A stretch of DNA of 64,000 bases from Candidatus Methylomirabilia bacterium (GTDB taxonomy: Bacteria > Methylomirabilota > Methylomirabilia > Rokubacteriales > CSP1-6). Every line of letters starts with the position of its first letter. The first letter of the stretch is position 1. The DNA lies in contig JBGQEL010000007.1 of assembly GCA_041496385.1 (NCBI GenBank), forward strand, positions 1 to 64,000. Reading direction: 5' to 3'. This document shows positions 18,994 to 27,967 of the stretch, in pieces. Below the pieces are notes generated by a model, which was not told the origin of the DNA, searched no databases, and saw only the letters and a list, made by a program, of their open reading frames with translations. Both the position numbers and the translations under genes were made by a program.

Positions 18994-20430
18994 ATGCAGG
19001 CTCCAAGTGCGAGCTACAGCCTCACGGTGCGGCTGGCGATCACGAACAAGCCCGGAATGCTCGGGCGGGTCACGTCGGCGATCGGCAAGGCGGGCGGCGA
19101 CATCGGCGCGATCGACCTCGTCGAGGTCGGCAAGTCCACGATCACGCGCGACATCACCTTCAAGGCGCGCGATGAGCAGCACGGCCAGCAGGTCGCCGAC
19201 CGGATCCGCGCGGTGCGGGGCGTCAAGGTCGTCAACGTCTCTGACCGCACCTTCCTGATGCACCTCGGGGGCAAGATCGAGGTGCGCGGGAAGATGAGCG
19301 TGAAGACCCGGGACGACCTCTCCATGGCCTACACGCCGGGCGTGGCGCGCGTCTGCATGGCGATCCACCACGACCCCGAGAAGGCCTACGCGCTCACGAT
19401 CAAGCAGAACGCGGTCGCGGTCGTCACCGACGGCACCGCGGTGCTCGGCCTGGGCGACATCGGCCCCAGCGCGGCGCAGCCGGTCATGGAGGGGAAGGCG
19501 CTCATCTTCAAGGAGTTCGCCGGCGTGGACGCGTTCCCGCTCTGCCTCGCGACCAAGGACGTGGACGAGATCGTCATGATCGTGAAGGCCATTTCACCGG
19601 TCTTCGGGGGCATCAATCTCGAGGACATCTCGGCACCACGTTGTTTCGAGATCGAACAGCGACTCCAGCGCGACCTCGAGATCCCCGTCTTCCACGACGA
19701 CCAGCACGGCACGGCCGTCGTCGTCCTGGCTGCGATGCTTAACGCGCTCAAGGTAGTCAAGAAGCGCCTCGGCGACGTCCGCATCGTGTTCACCGGCGCC
19801 GGCGCCTCGGGCATCGCGACGGCGAAGCTCCTGATGCGCGCCGGCGCCAAGCACATCGTCGCCTGCGACCGCGCCGGCACCCTCTACCGCGGACGCGTCG
19901 ACAATATGAACCCGATGAAGGAGTGGTTCGCCAAGCACACCAACGAGAAGCGCATCCGCGGCACCGTGTCCGACGCGCTCAAGGACGCGGACGTGTTCAT
20001 CGGGCTCTCCGCGCCGGGCGTGGTCTCGCTCAAGGACATCAAGTCCATGGCGCGTGACCCGATCGTGTTCGCCATGGCGAATCCGATCCCCGAGATCCAG
20101 CCCGAGGAGGCCGGGCCGTTCGTGCGAGTCATGGCGACGGGGCGCTCCGACTACCCCAACCAGATCAACAACTCCTGCTGCTTCCCCGGCTTCTTCCGGG
20201 GGATGCTCGACGTGCGCGCCCGCCGGGTGAACGACGAGATGAAGCTCGCCGCGGCCCACGCGCTCGCGGCCATCGTGTCGAAGGAAGAGCTGGGGGAGGA
20301 GTACATCACGCCCTCGATGTTCGACGGCCGGGTCGTGCCCGCCGTCTCCGCCGCTGTCGCCGAGGCGGCCGTGCGCACGGGCGTGGCGCGGCGCCGCCCG
20401 CGCGGGACCACCGCCTCCGCGTCGCGGTAG
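18994..20430 (+). CDS. mae: NAD(P)-dependent malic enzyme with N-terminal ACT domain
   Basis: YTPGVA, TDGTAVLGLG, MEGKA, NLEDI, FHDDQHGTA, GAGASG, TGRSDYPNQINN. Confidence 0.93.
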   Translation: MQAPSASYSLTVRLAITNKPGMLGRVTSAIGKAGGDIGAIDLVEVGKSTITRDITFKARDEQHGQQVADRIRAVRGVKVVNVSDRTFLMHLGGKIEVRGKMSVKTRDDLSMAYTPGVARVCMAIHHDPEKAYALTIKQNAVAVVTDGTAVLGLGDIGPSAAQPVMEGKALIFKEFAGVDAFPLCLATKDVDEIVMIVKAISPVFGGINLEDISAPRCFEIEQRLQRDLEIPVFHDDQHGTAVVVLAAMLNALKVVKKRLGDVRIVFTGAGASGIATAKLLMRAGAKHIVACDRAGTLYRGRVDNMNPMKEWFAKHTNEKRIRGTVSDALKDADVFIGLSAPGVVSLKDIKSMARDPIVFAMANPIPEIQPEEAGPFVRVMATGRSDYPNQINNSCCFPGFFRGMLDVRARRVNDEMKLAAAHALAAIVSKEELGEEYITPSMFDGRVVPAVSAAVAEAAVRTGVARRRPRGTTASASR

Positions 20431-20433
20431 GCC

Positions 20434-20634
20434 GTGAGGCGCCGGGACCTCCTCGCCGTCTGCTTCGTGCTCGGGAGCGCGCTGCTCGTCTGGCCGCTCC
20501 TCTCGATCCCGAACCGGCCGATCCTGGTCCTCGGGGTCCCGGCGCTCGTGCTCTACCTGTTCGCCGTGTGGGCGGCCATCGTCGCCGTCCTCGCGTGGGC
20601 CGCCCGCCGGTCCGGAGGCGAGGACGCCCCGTGA
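20434..20634 (+). CDS. Small two-TM membrane protein (CbrX/DUF485-like partner of the SLC5 sensor)
   Basis: 66 aa, two hydrophobic helices, GTGA overlap with the SLC5 kinase start. Confidence 0.75.
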   Translation: MRRRDLLAVCFVLGSALLVWPLLSIPNRPILVLGVPALVLYLFAVWAAIVAVLAWAARRSGGEDAP

Positions 20635-23609
20635 CCTGGCAGTCGCAGACGCCGATCGTCGGGATCCTGCTCGCGTATCTCTGCTTCCTCTTCCTCGTCG
20701 CCGCCACCGCCGAGCGCTTCGGCCGCCGGCTCGCCGCGCCACGACTCCGGACCGGCACCTACGTGCTCGCGGTCTCCGTGTACTGCACCGCGTGGACCTT
20801 CTACGGCAGCGTCGGGCTCGCGGCGAACCGCGGGCTCGAGTTCCTCACGATCTACCTGGGCCCGGCGCTCGCCGCGCTCATGTGGCCGACCGTGCTCCGA
20901 AAGCTCGTCCGCGTGGCGAAGGAGCAGCGGATCACCACGATCTCCGACTTCGTGGGCAGCCGGTACGGCAAGTCGGCGCCGCTCGGCACCCTCGTCGCCG
21001 CGCTCGTGGTCTGCGGGATGATCCCGTACATCGCGCTTCAGCTGAAGGCGGTGTCGGTGTCCTTCCAGCTCATGATGGGCGACTCGGTGCTCTCCGGGTT
21101 CGACCCGACGCTCCTCGTCGCGGGCACGCTCGCGCTCTTCGGCATCCTGTTCGGGGCGCGGAACCTCGACTTCACCCGGCAGCAGACGGGTCTGATGACC
21201 GCCGTGGCGGTGGAGTCGATCGTCAAGCTCGTCGCGTTCCTGCTGGTCGGGATCTACGTCACCTGGGGCCTCTTCGGGGGCTTCGGCGACATCTTCGGCC
21301 GCATCGCCCAGAGCCGCTGGGCCGAGCTGGTCACCCTCGGCGCGCCGCCCGCCGCCTCCTACGCGCGCTGGACCGCGTTGCTCGTGATCTCGATGATGGC
21401 CGTCATGCTGCTCCCGCGCCAGTTCCACGTGCTGGTGGTGCAGAACCCGCGCGAGCGCGACGTGCAGACCGCGGCGTGGGCGTTCCCGCTCTACTTGCTC
21501 GCGATCAACGTGTTCGTCCTGCCGATCGCCTTCGCCGGGCTCCTCACGTTCGGTGACGGCGCCGCCGCGGACAGCTTCATCCTGGCGCTGCCGCTCCGGG
21601 CGGGCGCCAGCTTCGTCGCGGTCACGGTGTTCCTCGGCGGCTTCTCGGCGGCGACGGCGATGATCGTGGTGGACTCGCTCGCGCTGTCGAAGATGATCTC
21701 CAACGACATCGTGCTGCCCTTCATCCTCCGGCGCCGCGGTTTCGCCGAGGTCTACTCGGCGAGCCTCGCCTCGACGCGCCTCGGCATCCTCGTGGTCGTG
21801 ACGCTCGGCTTCATCTGGGCACGCCTCGAGGCCGGCCAGCTCCTCCTGGTCGAAATGGGTATCCTGTCGTTCATCGCGGTCTCGCAGGTCGCCCCGGCGG
21901 TCCTGCTCGGCCTCTACTGGCGGCGGGGCAACCGCAAGGGTGCCTTCGCCGGCATCTCGCTCGGCTTCGCCCTCTGGTTCTACACGCTCATCATTCCCGC
22001 CTTCGTGAAGGAGGGGCTCGTCCCCGCCTCGACGCTCGCGGCGGGACCGCTCGGGCTCGCGTGGCTGCGGCCGACGGCATTCCTCGGCCTGGAGGGGCTC
22101 GACCCGACCAGCCACGGCATCTTCTGGTCGCTCTTCGTCAACGTCGCCGCCTATCTCCTCGTGTCGATCCTGACGACCCAGGACGCCGACGAGCGGAGCC
22201 AGGCCGCGGCGTTCGTCGGGCTCGTCGAGAAGGCCGAGCCCGCGTCGCCCACGCCGGCGATCCTCTCAGTGCCCGAGATCGAGCGGCTCCTCCACCTCTA
22301 CGTCCCGGAGGAGGAGGCGGACGCGATCCTCCGTGAGCTGCTCGGCGGCAAGAGCCCCCGGGAGCTCTCGGTCCCGGACCTGCTGGACCTCCGCATCCGC
22401 TTCGAGCGGGTGCTCGCGGCGTCGCTCGGCGCGGCGGCGGCCCGGTACATCATCGAGGACCGATTCACGATCTCGAAGGGCGAGGCGCAGCAGCTCGTCG
22501 AATCGTTCCAGGCCATGCAGCGCTCCCTGGGCAAGAGCGAGCGCCTGCTCGCCTCCGTCGTCGAGTCGGTCGCCGACTGCATCTTCACGACGGACGTCGA
22601 GGGCCGGCTCATCACCATCAACCCCGCGGGACGGCGGCTCCTCGGCTGGGTGCCCGCCGCCGTGCCCTCGCTCACGTACCTCGACGTGCTCGACGAGGCG
22701 GATCGGCGGCGCGCTGGCCCCGCGATCGAGCGCGCGGTCGCCGGCGGGCGGCCGTGGCTCGGGAGTGTGAATGGCCTCACGCGGGCCAAGCGCCGCTTCC
22801 CTGCGTATCTCGCGATCTCCTGCGTCTTCGACGAGAAGCGGCAGGTGCTCGGGACGGTCGGCGTCCTTCGCGACCTCACCGAGCAGGTGGCGACCCAGCA
22901 GCGGCTGATCCAGCGGGAGAAGCTCGCGTCGCTCGGCGAGATGGCCGCGGGCGTCGCCCACGAGATCCGCAACCCGCTCGGCGGGATCAAGATGGCGACG
23001 ACCCTGCTGTCGTCCGGCGCCGGCGAGGATCGGCGGATCTCGCAGGAGATGGCGCAGTCCATCCTGTCGGGTATCAAGGAGATCGAGACGATCATCGCCG
23101 ATCTGCTCGACTACGCGCGCGAGACGCGGCTCGACTGCCAGGAATACGCCCTCAGCCGGATCCTCGCCCCGGTCGTCGAGTCCTGCGCCGCCGAGGGGCG
23201 CGGGCGGGGGATCCGCGTCGAGGTCCTGGGGCTCGACGCGGACCTGGTCGCCGCGGTGGACGGCCCGCGCCTGCGCCAGGTCTTCGCCAACGTGCTGAAG
23301 AACGCGCTCGAGGCGACGGAGCGCCAGCTTGGGGGGCGCGTGGACGTGCGCCTCGACCGGCGCGGCGCGGCCGTCGTGGTCGAGGTCGCCGACAACGGCG
23401 TGGGCATCGCGCCGGAGCACCGCGAGAAGATCTTCCTGCCCTTCTACACCACGAAGCCGACGGGCACCGGGCTCGGGATGGCGATCGTGAAAAAAATCAT
23501 GGACCTGCACGGCGGTGAGATCGAGATCGACAGCGCGCCCGGCCACGGCACGACCATCCGGCTCGTCATCCCGCGGTCGCCGCTCCCGGCGGCCGTGGAA
23601 GTCGGTTAG
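20631..23609 (+). CDS. Sodium:solute symporter (SLC5)-STAC-PAS histidine kinase, CbrA/CrbS-like
   Basis: VYCTAWTFYGSVG, IPYIALQLKA, LPRQFHV; PAS; AHEIRNPL, DNGVG, GTGLG. Confidence 0.9.
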   Translation: MTWQSQTPIVGILLAYLCFLFLVAATAERFGRRLAAPRLRTGTYVLAVSVYCTAWTFYGSVGLAANRGLEFLTIYLGPALAALMWPTVLRKLVRVAKEQRITTISDFVGSRYGKSAPLGTLVAALVVCGMIPYIALQLKAVSVSFQLMMGDSVLSGFDPTLLVAGTLALFGILFGARNLDFTRQQTGLMTAVAVESIVKLVAFLLVGIYVTWGLFGGFGDIFGRIAQSRWAELVTLGAPPAASYARWTALLVISMMAVMLLPRQFHVLVVQNPRERDVQTAAWAFPLYLLAINVFVLPIAFAGLLTFGDGAAADSFILALPLRAGASFVAVTVFLGGFSAATAMIVVDSLALSKMISNDIVLPFILRRRGFAEVYSASLASTRLGILVVVTLGFIWARLEAGQLLLVEMGILSFIAVSQVAPAVLLGLYWRRGNRKGAFAGISLGFALWFYTLIIPAFVKEGLVPASTLAAGPLGLAWLRPTAFLGLEGLDPTSHGIFWSLFVNVAAYLLVSILTTQDADERSQAAAFVGLVEKAEPASPTPAILSVPEIERLLHLYVPEEEADAILRELLGGKSPRELSVPDLLDLRIRFERVLAASLGAAAARYIIEDRFTISKGEAQQLVESFQAMQRSLGKSERLLASVVESVADCIFTTDVEGRLITINPAGRRLLGWVPAAVPSLTYLDVLDEADRRRAGPAIERAVAGGRPWLGSVNGLTRAKRRFPAYLAISCVFDEKRQVLGTVGVLRDLTEQVATQQRLIQREKLASLGEMAAGVAHEIRNPLGGIKMATTLLSSGAGEDRRISQEMAQSILSGIKEIETIIADLLDYARETRLDCQEYALSRILAPVVESCAAEGRGRGIRVEVLGLDADLVAAVDGPRLRQVFANVLKNALEATERQLGGRVDVRLDRRGAAVVVEVADNGVGIAPEHREKIFLPFYTTKPTGTGLGMAIVKKIMDLHGGEIEIDSAPGHGTTIRLVIPRSPLPAAVEVG

Positions 23610-23618
23610 GAGGCTCGG

Positions 23619-25001
23619 ATGAAGCACCGCATCCTCATCGTCGAAGACGACGAGATCTTCCTGCGCCCGCTGCAGCGCACCCTGGAGGTCGAGGGCTACG
23701 AGGTCGCCGTCGTCCAGAGCGGCGAGGAGGCGGTCGAGCTGCTCAAGGGCGACGACGTGGACCTCGTGCTGACCGACAAGCGGCTGCCCGGGATCGACGG
23801 CGTGGATCTGGTGCGGCGGATGAAGGCCGATCACCCGGACCTCGCGGTGGTCGTGATGACGGCGTACGGGACGATCGGCTCGGCGGTCGAGGCGATGCGC
23901 CTCGGAGCCGAGGACTACCTCGTCAAGCCGTTCGACGCCGCCGAGGTCCTGATGGTGCTCCGCCGCGCGATCGAGTTCCACGAGCTGAAGGCCGCGAGCC
24001 GCGCGACACTGCGGCGCAACCAGGAGCGCTTCACGCTCAGGAACGTCGTGACGCAGAGCCAGCCGATGCAGGAGGTGTTCGAGCTCCTGTCCACGGTGGC
24101 GGGGCTCGATACGACAGTCCTGATCTACGGCGAGACGGGCGTGGGCAAGGAGCTGCTGGCGCGCTCGCTGCACTTCTCGGGCGCGCGGCGCGACCGGCCA
24201 TTCGCCGCCGTCAACTGCGCGGCAATCCCGGAGGAGCTGTTCGAGTCGGAGCTCTTCGGCTTCCGGAAGGGTGCCTTCACCGGCGCCGGCGAGACCCGGC
24301 GGGGTCTGCTCCAGGCGGCCAACGGGGGCACGCTCCTCCTCGACGAGATCGGCGAGATGCCGCTGGGGCTCCAGGCCAAGCTCCTGCGCGTCATCGAGGA
24401 GAAACGGGTCACGTCCATCGGATCGGACCGTCCCGTCGAGATCGACGTGCGCTTCATCGCCACGACGAACAAGGACCTCCAGGTGGAAGTGGAGCGCGGC
24501 GCCTTCCGGCGCGACCTCTTCTACCGCCTCTCGGTGATGCCCGTGCGGGTGCCGCCGCTGCGCGAGCGGCCGGGCGACGTTCCGTTGCTCGCGCAGCACT
24601 TCCTCGAGCAGAGTGCCCGACGCTCCAAGAAGGTGGTGCGCGCCATCGCTCCGGAGGCGATGCAGGCGCTCGGCCGCTACGCGTGGCCCGGCAACGTGCG
24701 CGAGCTCGAGAACGTGATCGAGCGCGCGGTGATCGTCGCCAAGGGCGACACCATCGTCGACGTCGAGCGCTTCCTCAGCGGCGAGAGCGGGCGGCCGAGG
24801 GTGGACCTCGGGCTGCCGTTCCGGGACGCGAAGGCGCGCGTCGTCGAGGAGTTCGAGCGCGCGTACATCAGCGGCGTGCTCGAGGCCGAGGGCGGCAAGC
24901 TCACGGCGGCCGCGAAGCATGCGGACATGGACCCGAAGAACTTCCACGAGAAGCTGATCCGGTACGGCCTGCGCCGCCCCTCGACGGGGCTCAGCGAATG
25001 A
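23619..25001 (+). CDS. Sigma54-dependent response regulator (CbrB/NtrC family)
   Basis: Receiver EDD...LTD, GETGVGKE, GAFTGA, WPGNVREL. Confidence 0.95.
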   Translation: MKHRILIVEDDEIFLRPLQRTLEVEGYEVAVVQSGEEAVELLKGDDVDLVLTDKRLPGIDGVDLVRRMKADHPDLAVVVMTAYGTIGSAVEAMRLGAEDYLVKPFDAAEVLMVLRRAIEFHELKAASRATLRRNQERFTLRNVVTQSQPMQEVFELLSTVAGLDTTVLIYGETGVGKELLARSLHFSGARRDRPFAAVNCAAIPEELFESELFGFRKGAFTGAGETRRGLLQAANGGTLLLDEIGEMPLGLQAKLLRVIEEKRVTSIGSDRPVEIDVRFIATTNKDLQVEVERGAFRRDLFYRLSVMPVRVPPLRERPGDVPLLAQHFLEQSARRSKKVVRAIAPEAMQALGRYAWPGNVRELENVIERAVIVAKGDTIVDVERFLSGESGRPRVDLGLPFRDAKARVVEEFERAYISGVLEAEGGKLTAAAKHADMDPKNFHEKLIRYGLRRPSTGLSE

Positions 25002-25154
25002 GGCCAGCGGCGTAGCTCCCGCCTTGCCGCGGCCCGTGATTGCGCGCTGCGGCAGGGCCTCGACACCATGGCGCGTCGGGTCTCGATACCAGGAGTTCGC
25101 TCGAGCCCGTCGTCGAACCAGCGAGAAATAAATAGGTCTGTGCCCGGCCTCCTC

Positions 25155-25170
25155 TGGCATAAGGGCTGCA
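25155..25170 (+). promoter_or_regulatory. Sigma54 -24/-12 promoter for the MFS transporter
   Basis: TGGCAT-AAGGG-CTGCA (GG-N10-GC), with an A/T-rich tract just upstream. Confidence 0.65.
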
Positions 25171-25252
25171 CATCGTTCGCGGCTCCGATGGAGGAGCCCT
25201 GCAGCGAACGGCCATACGGCTGCGCTCCGCGCAGGCGCTCACAGGGAGGCCC

Positions 25253-26596
25253 ATGCGGGCAAAACAGGTTTCGCCCAAGGAGTTGCGCCGCGTCGTCGTC
25301 GCGGCATCCGTCGGCAATATCATCGAGTGGTACGACTTCTACATTTTCGGGAGTCTGGCCTCGATCCTCGCGGTCAAGTTCTTCGAGAAGGGCCACCCGG
25401 TGGCGGCGTTCCTCAGCACGGTGGCGATCTTCTCGGTCGGCTTCCTGATCCGGCCGCTGGGCGCGTTCGTCTTCGGCTGGCTCGGTGACAAGGTCGGCCG
25501 GAAGTACACCTTCATCGTCACGCTGAGCGGCATGGGCGTGGCGACGGCCCTCATCGGCTTCGTGCCGAGCTACCAGGCGATCGGTATCGCCGCGGCCTTC
25601 ATTCTCTTCGGGCTGCGCCTGATCCAGGGTCTCTGCCTGGGCGGGGAGTACGGAGGCGCCATCACGTACGTGGCCGAGCACATCGAGGACGAGCATCGCG
25701 GGTACTACACCGGCTGGCTGCAGACGTCGCCCACGCTCGGCATCGTCGTGTCGCTGGCGACGATCATCGGCATTCGCACCTATCTGGGCGTCGAGGCCTT
25801 CAACGACTGGGGCTGGCGGCTGCCCTTCATCATCTCCCTCCTCCTGGTCGCAATCGCGATCTGGATCCGGCTCTCGCTCGGTGAGACGCCGATCTTCCAG
25901 GACATCAAGGCGCGGGGCAAGACCGCCACCAATCCGTGGCGCGAAGCCTTCATGAGCGCCAACTTCAAATATGTCGTCATCGCCAGCATCGTCGTGCTCG
26001 GACAGGGATGCGTCTGGTACAGCGGCCAGTTCTGGGCGCTCTACTTCCTCCAGACGGTCAAGAAGCTCGACGTGCTCACCTCCAGCTCCATCGTGGGTGT
26101 CGCGCTGCTGATCGCCACTCCCACGCTGATCTTCTGGGGCTGGCTCTCCGACAAGATCGGGCGCAAGCCGATCATCCTGGGCGGTATGGCCCTGGCCTCG
26201 CTGACGTACTACCCGCTCTACATGGCGCTCGGGAACTACGCGGATCCCAAGAACGTCAACTACCCGATGTCGATCCTCATCGTCGTGATCCTGGTCAACT
26301 ACGTGGGCATGACCTACGGGCCGATCGGCGCGTTCCTGGCCGAGTTCTTCCCCAGCCGCATCCGCTACACCTCGGTGTCCGTGCCCTACCACATCGGCAA
26401 CGGCTGGGGTGGCGGTCTGGTCCCGATCGTCACGACGTCGATGTACCTCTCCACGGGCAGCGTGGGCTATGCGCTGATCTATCCCATCGTGGTGCCGGCA
26501 GTCATGTTCGTGCTCGCACTCTTCCTGATGCCTGAGACGCGCAAGCACAGCATCTGGGAGGAAGGCGCAATCGAAGCGACCCGCAGCCGCGCCTGA
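25253..26596 (+). CDS. MFS metabolite:H+ symporter (MHS family)
   Basis: GNIIEWYDF, GDKVGRK, GGEYGGA, WGWRLPF; GGGAGG RBS. Confidence 0.93.
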   Translation: MRAKQVSPKELRRVVVAASVGNIIEWYDFYIFGSLASILAVKFFEKGHPVAAFLSTVAIFSVGFLIRPLGAFVFGWLGDKVGRKYTFIVTLSGMGVATALIGFVPSYQAIGIAAAFILFGLRLIQGLCLGGEYGGAITYVAEHIEDEHRGYYTGWLQTSPTLGIVVSLATIIGIRTYLGVEAFNDWGWRLPFIISLLLVAIAIWIRLSLGETPIFQDIKARGKTATNPWREAFMSANFKYVVIASIVVLGQGCVWYSGQFWALYFLQTVKKLDVLTSSSIVGVALLIATPTLIFWGWLSDKIGRKPIILGGMALASLTYYPLYMALGNYADPKNVNYPMSILIVVILVNYVGMTYGPIGAFLAEFFPSRIRYTSVSVPYHIGNGWGGGLVPIVTTSMYLSTGSVGYALIYPIVVPAVMFVLALFLMPETRKHSIWEEGAIEATRSRA

Positions 26597-26605
26597 CGGA
26601 GTCGG

Positions 26606-26654
26606 GATCGCCCGGCTACGGGATGGGTACCTTCCCATTCGTAGCCGGGCGATC
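26606..26654. terminator. Long inverted repeat / hairpin downstream of the MFS gene
   Basis: GATCGCCCGGCTACG...CGTAGCCGGGCGATC, 15-bp perfect arms plus an inner ATGGG/CCCAT stem. Confidence 0.6.
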
Positions 26655-26808
26655 GGTTCGTGGCCCCAGGTGTTCCTGGTCAGAAACACCCCGCTTTGCC
26701 GTGAAAAGTGTCACGAGCCGGGCATTCTGCCCGTCCTGGCGGTTTCGACCTACTCATGGTTCGTCACCTTTTCAATGAATTAAGGTCCGGGTCCACCCGT
26801 CTCATGTT

Positions 26809-26824
26809 CGGCATGGCCGTTGCA
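26809..26824 (+). promoter_or_regulatory. Sigma54 -24/-12 promoter for the dksA-like gene
   Basis: CGGCAT-GGCCG-TTGCA; AT-rich tract near 26770-26783; palindrome CGTGA-N6-TCACG at 26700-26715. Confidence 0.6.
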
Positions 26825-26857
26825 CGATCCAGGGCCAGCCGAACTGGGAGGGTCACC

Positions 26858-27262
26858 ATGGACACTAACGTCAGGAAACGGCTAGAGCAGGACCTGAGTA
26901 CCGCCGTGAGCCGGCTTCGTCAGATGGGCGGGGCGGTGGCGGTAGAGGATATGCCGGGCGCAATCGGCGACAACACCCCGTTCGCCGACGAAGTCGATGA
27001 GATCCGCGCGAACGAGGACAGAGAGATCGGCTTCGCCACTCGGGAGCTTCTCGTGGATCGGGTCAACCGCCTCTCGGCGGCGATCGACCGGCTGAACGAT
27101 GGGGACTACGGCACCTGCGTGGAGTGCGGCGAGTCCATCTCGCCCGCGCGCTTGCACGCGCTGCCCGAGGTCCAGACCTGCGTGCGCTGCCAGGACCAGA
27201 TCGAGCGCTTCGGGCGCCAGCACACCACCGACGAGGTCGAGGCGGTCGCCGACGACGAGTAG
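26858..27262 (+). CDS. dksA: DksA/TraR C4-type zinc finger protein
   Basis: DEVD coiled-coil tip, YGTCVECG...RLHALP...CVRCQ; GGGAGG RBS. Confidence 0.85.
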   Translation: MDTNVRKRLEQDLSTAVSRLRQMGGAVAVEDMPGAIGDNTPFADEVDEIRANEDREIGFATRELLVDRVNRLSAAIDRLNDGDYGTCVECGESISPARLHALPEVQTCVRCQDQIERFGRQHTTDEVEAVADDE

Positions 27263-27284
27263 TCTCCGCACCCCAGAGTGACGG

Positions 27285-27318
27285 CGGGGCCGGGGAAACA
27301 TCCCGGCCCCGTTTTTTT
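27285..27318 (+). terminator. Rho-independent terminator
   Basis: CGGGGCCGGG...CCCGGCCCCG stem followed by T7. Confidence 0.85.
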
Positions 27319-27333
27319 GTGTAGGCTAGCCGC

Positions 27334-27951
27334 GTGCGGACACCGGTCCTGGATCTCTTCCGTCCTGCGGTACGCGCCGCGTGCCGCGCCTATTTCGGCC
27401 TCGAGCTGGTCGGCGTCGAACACATTCCGGTGGCCGGACCGCTCATCATCACGCCCAATCATCAGACGTACGCCGACCCGCCGCTCGTGACGATTCCCGT
27501 GCGGCGCCGCGTCTACTACATGGCCTGGAGCCGCCTGTTCGAGATCCCCCTGTTCAGCCGCTTCATCAGGCTCCTTCGCGCGTTCCCGGTCCAGATCGAC
27601 TCGGCCGACCCGCGCGCGGCGCGGGAAGTGGTGCGCCTGCTCCGGGCGGGACAGGCCGTCATGATCTTTCCCGAAGGCGGGCGAAGCCCGGATGGCACGG
27701 TCCAGCGCTTCAAGCCCGGCGCCTTCCGTCTCGCGGTCTCGCTCGCGACACCGGTCCTCCCCGTGACGATCGCCGGCGGTCACGCCGCCTGGCCACCCGG
27801 CCGCGCCCTCCCGCGCCCTGGGCGCATCACGATCACCTACCACCCGCCGCTCCGGCCCGACCCCTCGCTCGAGCCCCGCCAGGCGGCTCGCGAGCTGGGC
27901 GAACGCGCCCACGCCGCGATCGTGGGGGCCCTCGAGGCCGGCCGCCGCTGA
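27334..27951 (+). CDS. plsC: 1-acyl-sn-glycerol-3-phosphate acyltransferase (PlsC family)
   Basis: NHQTYAD (HX4D), FPEGGRS. Confidence 0.88.
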   Translation: MRTPVLDLFRPAVRAACRAYFGLELVGVEHIPVAGPLIITPNHQTYADPPLVTIPVRRRVYYMAWSRLFEIPLFSRFIRLLRAFPVQIDSADPRAAREVVRLLRAGQAVMIFPEGGRSPDGTVQRFKPGAFRLAVSLATPVLPVTIAGGHAAWPPGRALPRPGRITITYHPPLRPDPSLEPRQAARELGERAHAAIVGALEAGRR

Positions 27952-27967
27952 CACCCGGGCGACCGTG

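Noticed and set aside
6068..25160. Long antisense or alternate-frame ORFs (e.g. 6068-8377, 10959-13739, 22266-25160; also 44041-45771 and 59909-62377)
   Set aside because: Shadow ORFs typical of high-GC coding DNA; they overlap genes with clear family motifs and have no motifs of their own
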